64,000 nucleotides of DNA from assembly GCA_012510495.1 (NCBI GenBank), contig JAAZHX010000152.1:14857-78856 (forward strand), given 5' to 3'. The translations under genes were made by a program, and so were the position numbers. The stretch is from Smithella sp. (GTDB taxonomy: Bacteria; Desulfobacterota; Syntrophia; Syntrophales; Smithellaceae). Numbering within the stretch: the stretch's first letter is position 1; each line of letters begins with the position of its first letter. Below are positions 61,749 through 64,000 of this stretch, one piece after another. The notes beneath the pieces were generated by a model that worked only from the letters and a program-made list of their open reading frames with translations, was not told where the DNA came from and did not search any database.

Positions 61749-64000
61749 ATGGATTACAAAAAAACCCTGAATCTTCCCCAAACCGATTTTCCCATGAAGG
61801 CAAATCTGGCCGGGCGCGAACCGGAAATGCTGAAAAAATGGGATGACATGGACATTTACCGCAAGATCCGCGAGAGCGCCAAAGGCAAAAAGCCCTACAT
61901 CCTGCACGACGGCCCTCCCTATGCCAACGGCAATATTCATCTGGGAACGGCGCTGAACAAAATCATCAAGGACATCGTGATCAAAGCCAAAAACATGACC
62001 GGCTTCGACGGCATATACGTCCCGGGCTGGGACTGCCACGGCCTGCCGATCGAACACCAGGTGGACAAGGAGCTGGGCGGCAAGAATTCCGGCCTGTCCC
62101 AGGTGGAAAAACGCCGCGCCTGCCGCGTGTACGCGGAAAAGTATGTCGGCATTCAGCGCGATCAATTCAAGCGCCTCGGTGTTTTCGGAGAATGGGAGAA
62201 TCCCTATCTGACCATGGCCTATCCTTATGAAGCCGCCACGATCCATGAGTTCGGCAAACTGTTTCTGAACGGCAGCGTTTATAAGGGGAAAAAGCCCGTG
62301 TACTGGTGCGCCACCTGCAAGACGGCACTGGCGGAAGCCGAGGTAGAATACGCCGACCACCATACCCCTTCCATTTATGTCCGGTTCGCCTTCACATCGG
62401 ACATCGGGGCAATTCGACCCAAACTGGCGGGACAGAAAGTTTTCATGGTGATCTGGACGACCACGCCTTGGACGATTCCCGCCAACCTGGCCATCGCCGT
62501 CAAGGATGATTTTATTTACGCCGCCGTGAAAATCGACGACGACGTTCTCATCGTAGCCAAAGACATGCTGGATTATTGTCTGGACGCTTTCGGATACCGC
62601 GGCAAAGCCTATGAGATCCTCGATGAATTCAAGGGTGAGGTGCTGGAAGGACAGAAGTGCGTCCATCCCCTGATTCAGAGAAACAGCCTGCTGATTCTGG
62701 CCCCTTTCGTCACGCTGGAAGCCGGCACGGGCGCCGTGCACATCGCACCCGGCCACGGCCAGGAAGACTATGAAATCGGCCTCACATACGGTCTGGACAA
62801 CTATGCACCGGTGGATGACGCGGGAAAATTCACGGAAGAAGTCGAACATTTCGCCGGACAATTCGTGTTTGACGCCAACGACAGCGTTATTCAAAAACTG
62901 AAAGAGGCGGGCGCTCTTTTGGGGCACGTTCCCATGCAGCATTCCTACCCGCACTGCTGGCGCTGCAAAAAGCCCATCATCTTCCGTTCGACCGAGCAGT
63001 GGTTTATCTCTATGGAGAAAAACGACCTGCGCAAGAAGGCGCTGGCGGCCATCAACGAGGTGCAGTGGATACCTTCCTGGGGGCGCGACCGCATCTACGG
63101 CATGGTGGAAAACCGCCCCGACTGGTGCATTTCCCGCCAACGGCTGTGGGGCGTTCCGCTCACGATTTTCTACTGCGCCAAATGCAAAAACGAACTGCTG
63201 ACGCAGGACATGCTCAACCACCTGGTGGCGCTGGTGGAAAAAAACGGCGCGGATGTCTGGTTCGAAAAAGAGCCGAAAGACCTGATGCCCAAACACACCA
63301 CCTGTCCTCACTGCCGTTCAACGGAGTTCACCAAAGAGGCCAATATTCTGGATGTCTGGTTTGACTCGGGTGTCAGCCACGCGGCGGTGCTGGAAAAAAG
63401 GCCGGAGCTGAGCTCTCCCTGCGATATGTATCTGGAAGGCTCCGATCAGCACCGGGGCTGGTTTCACTCTTCCCTTTTGGAATCCGTCGGAACCCGCGGA
63501 CGGGCGCCCTACAAAAGCGTCCTGACCCACGGCTTTGTGGTGGACGGCGAAGGGAAAAAGATGTCCAAATCCGGCGGCAACGCCATTGGCGCGGAAGAAG
63601 CCGTTTCCAAATACGGCGCGGAGATCCTGCGGCTGTGGGTGGCGGCGGAAGACTATACCGACGACATCCGTATTTCCGAGGAAATTCTCAAGCGCCTGAT
63701 GGAAGCCTACCGGCGCATCCGCAACACCAGCCGGTTCATCCTGGGCAATCTGTCCGACTTTGCGCCGGAGACCGACCGTCTGGACTGTGACCAAATGCTG
63801 GAAATGGACCGGTGGGCTCTGCACCGCCTGCAGGAAGTGATCAGGCGCGTGACGGAAGCCTATGAACGCCATCAGTTCCACATGGTTTTCTACACGCTCT
63901 ACAATTACTGCACAGTGGATTTGAGCGCGCTGTACCTGGATGTTTTGAAAGACCGTCTCTACACCAGCAAAACGGCCTCCGACGCCCGGCGTTCCGGCCA
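61749..64000 (+). CDS. ileS: isoleucine--tRNA ligase, N-terminal ~750 aa (continues past right window edge)
   Basis: Not in the ORF track (no stop in window). ATG 61749 follows AGGAG. MDYKKTLNLPQTDFPMKANLAGREPEMLKKWDD..., HIGH region PPYANGNIHLGTAL, KMSKS (GKKMSKSGGN) near 63550. Confidence 0.95.
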   Translation, partial: MDYKKTLNLPQTDFPMKANLAGREPEMLKKWDDMDIYRKIRESAKGKKPYILHDGPPYANGNIHLGTALNKIIKDIVIKAKNMTGFDGIYVPGWDCHGLPIEHQVDKELGGKNSGLSQVEKRRACRVYAEKYVGIQRDQFKRLGVFGEWENPYLTMAYPYEAATIHEFGKLFLNGSVYKGKKPVYWCATCKTALAEAEVEYADHHTPSIYVRFAFTSDIGAIRPKLAGQKVFMVIWTTTPWTIPANLAIAVKDDFIYAAVKIDDDVLIVAKDMLDYCLDAFGYRGKAYEILDEFKGEVLEGQKCVHPLIQRNSLLILAPFVTLEAGTGAVHIAPGHGQEDYEIGLTYGLDNYAPVDDAGKFTEEVEHFAGQFVFDANDSVIQKLKEAGALLGHVPMQHSYPHCWRCKKPIIFRSTEQWFISMEKNDLRKKALAAINEVQWIPSWGRDRIYGMVENRPDWCISRQRLWGVPLTIFYCAKCKNELLTQDMLNHLVALVEKNGADVWFEKEPKDLMPKHTTCPHCRSTEFTKEANILDVWFDSGVSHAAVLEKRPELSSPCDMYLEGSDQHRGWFHSSLLESVGTRGRAPYKSVLTHGFVVDGEGKKMSKSGGNAIGAEEAVSKYGAEILRLWVAAEDYTDDIRISEEILKRLMEAYRRIRNTSRFILGNLSDFAPETDRLDCDQMLEMDRWALHRLQEVIRRVTEAYERHQFHMVFYTLYNYCTVDLSALYLDVLKDRLYTSKTASDARRSG

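Overview
This 64-kb window is a GC-rich chromosomal segment dominated by housekeeping genes. I did not find a convincing new multi-gene system; the points worth following up are listed at the end of this summary.

**Likely source.** The gene content suggests a strictly anaerobic Gram-negative bacterium, probably a Desulfobacterota/Syntrophales-like organism. This is an inference from content only: alternative-heme AhbA/B next to hemL, a four-subunit 2-oxoacid:ferredoxin oxidoreductase, a Cam-type gamma carbonic anhydrase, a giant HgdC-type activase fusion, and type IV minor pilins.

**Gene content, left to right:**
- 1-5.4 kb: pheT(partial)-pheS-rplT-rpmI-infC-thrS with a tRNA-Val, then pgsA.
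- 5.4-7.8 kb: a FecR-like protein, a DUF799-like lipoprotein and rsmI.
- 7.9-10.3 kb: UDP-glucuronate decarboxylase and UDP-glucose dehydrogenase.
- 10.3-17.5 kb: yraN-rnhB-rplS-trmD-rimM-KH-rpsP-ffh, a SPOR protein and argS.
- 17.5-18.45 kb: a small gene-decay zone.
- 18.45-22.3 kb: a minor-pilin operon (FimT/PilV/PilW/PilX-like) plus pilD.
- 22.5-28.0 kb: ribD, a NusG paralog, a 2-oxoacid:ferredoxin oxidoreductase operon with an ACT protein, and arfB.
- 28.0-33.9 kb: an isolated ATP synthase c subunit, ahbA/B-like and hemL, then a nucleotide-sugar trio (dehydrogenase, gmd, fcl).
- 33.9-35.2 kb: atpZ-atpI-atpB.
- 35.4-40.4 kb: a 1436-aa activase/dehydratase-like fusion protein and mobA.
- 41.2-48.4 kb: a TetR-regulated RND efflux operon plus a DUF374 gene.
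- 48.5-53.5 kb: a J-domain/zinc-ribbon protein with an AT-rich small ORF, Cam carbonic anhydrase, and coaE-coaX-birA-nadC.
- 53.6-64 kb: valS, a TPR/SLH lipoprotein, miaA, mutL, an LPP20-like secreted protein and ileS (partial).

**Not seen:** rRNA genes, CRISPR arrays, IS elements, integrases or obvious defence genes.

**Most worth follow-up:**
- The stand-alone 1436-aa double-ATPase fusion enzyme of unknown substrate.
- A two-hairpin intergenic repeat family with three copies in this window.
- The decay zone at 17.5-18.5 kb.
- The J-domain/AT-rich ORF pair.
- A c subunit with a signal-peptide-like extension, encoded away from the other atp genes.

**Limits.** All calls rest on reading the sequence and on family knowledge from memory. 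No searches were run.
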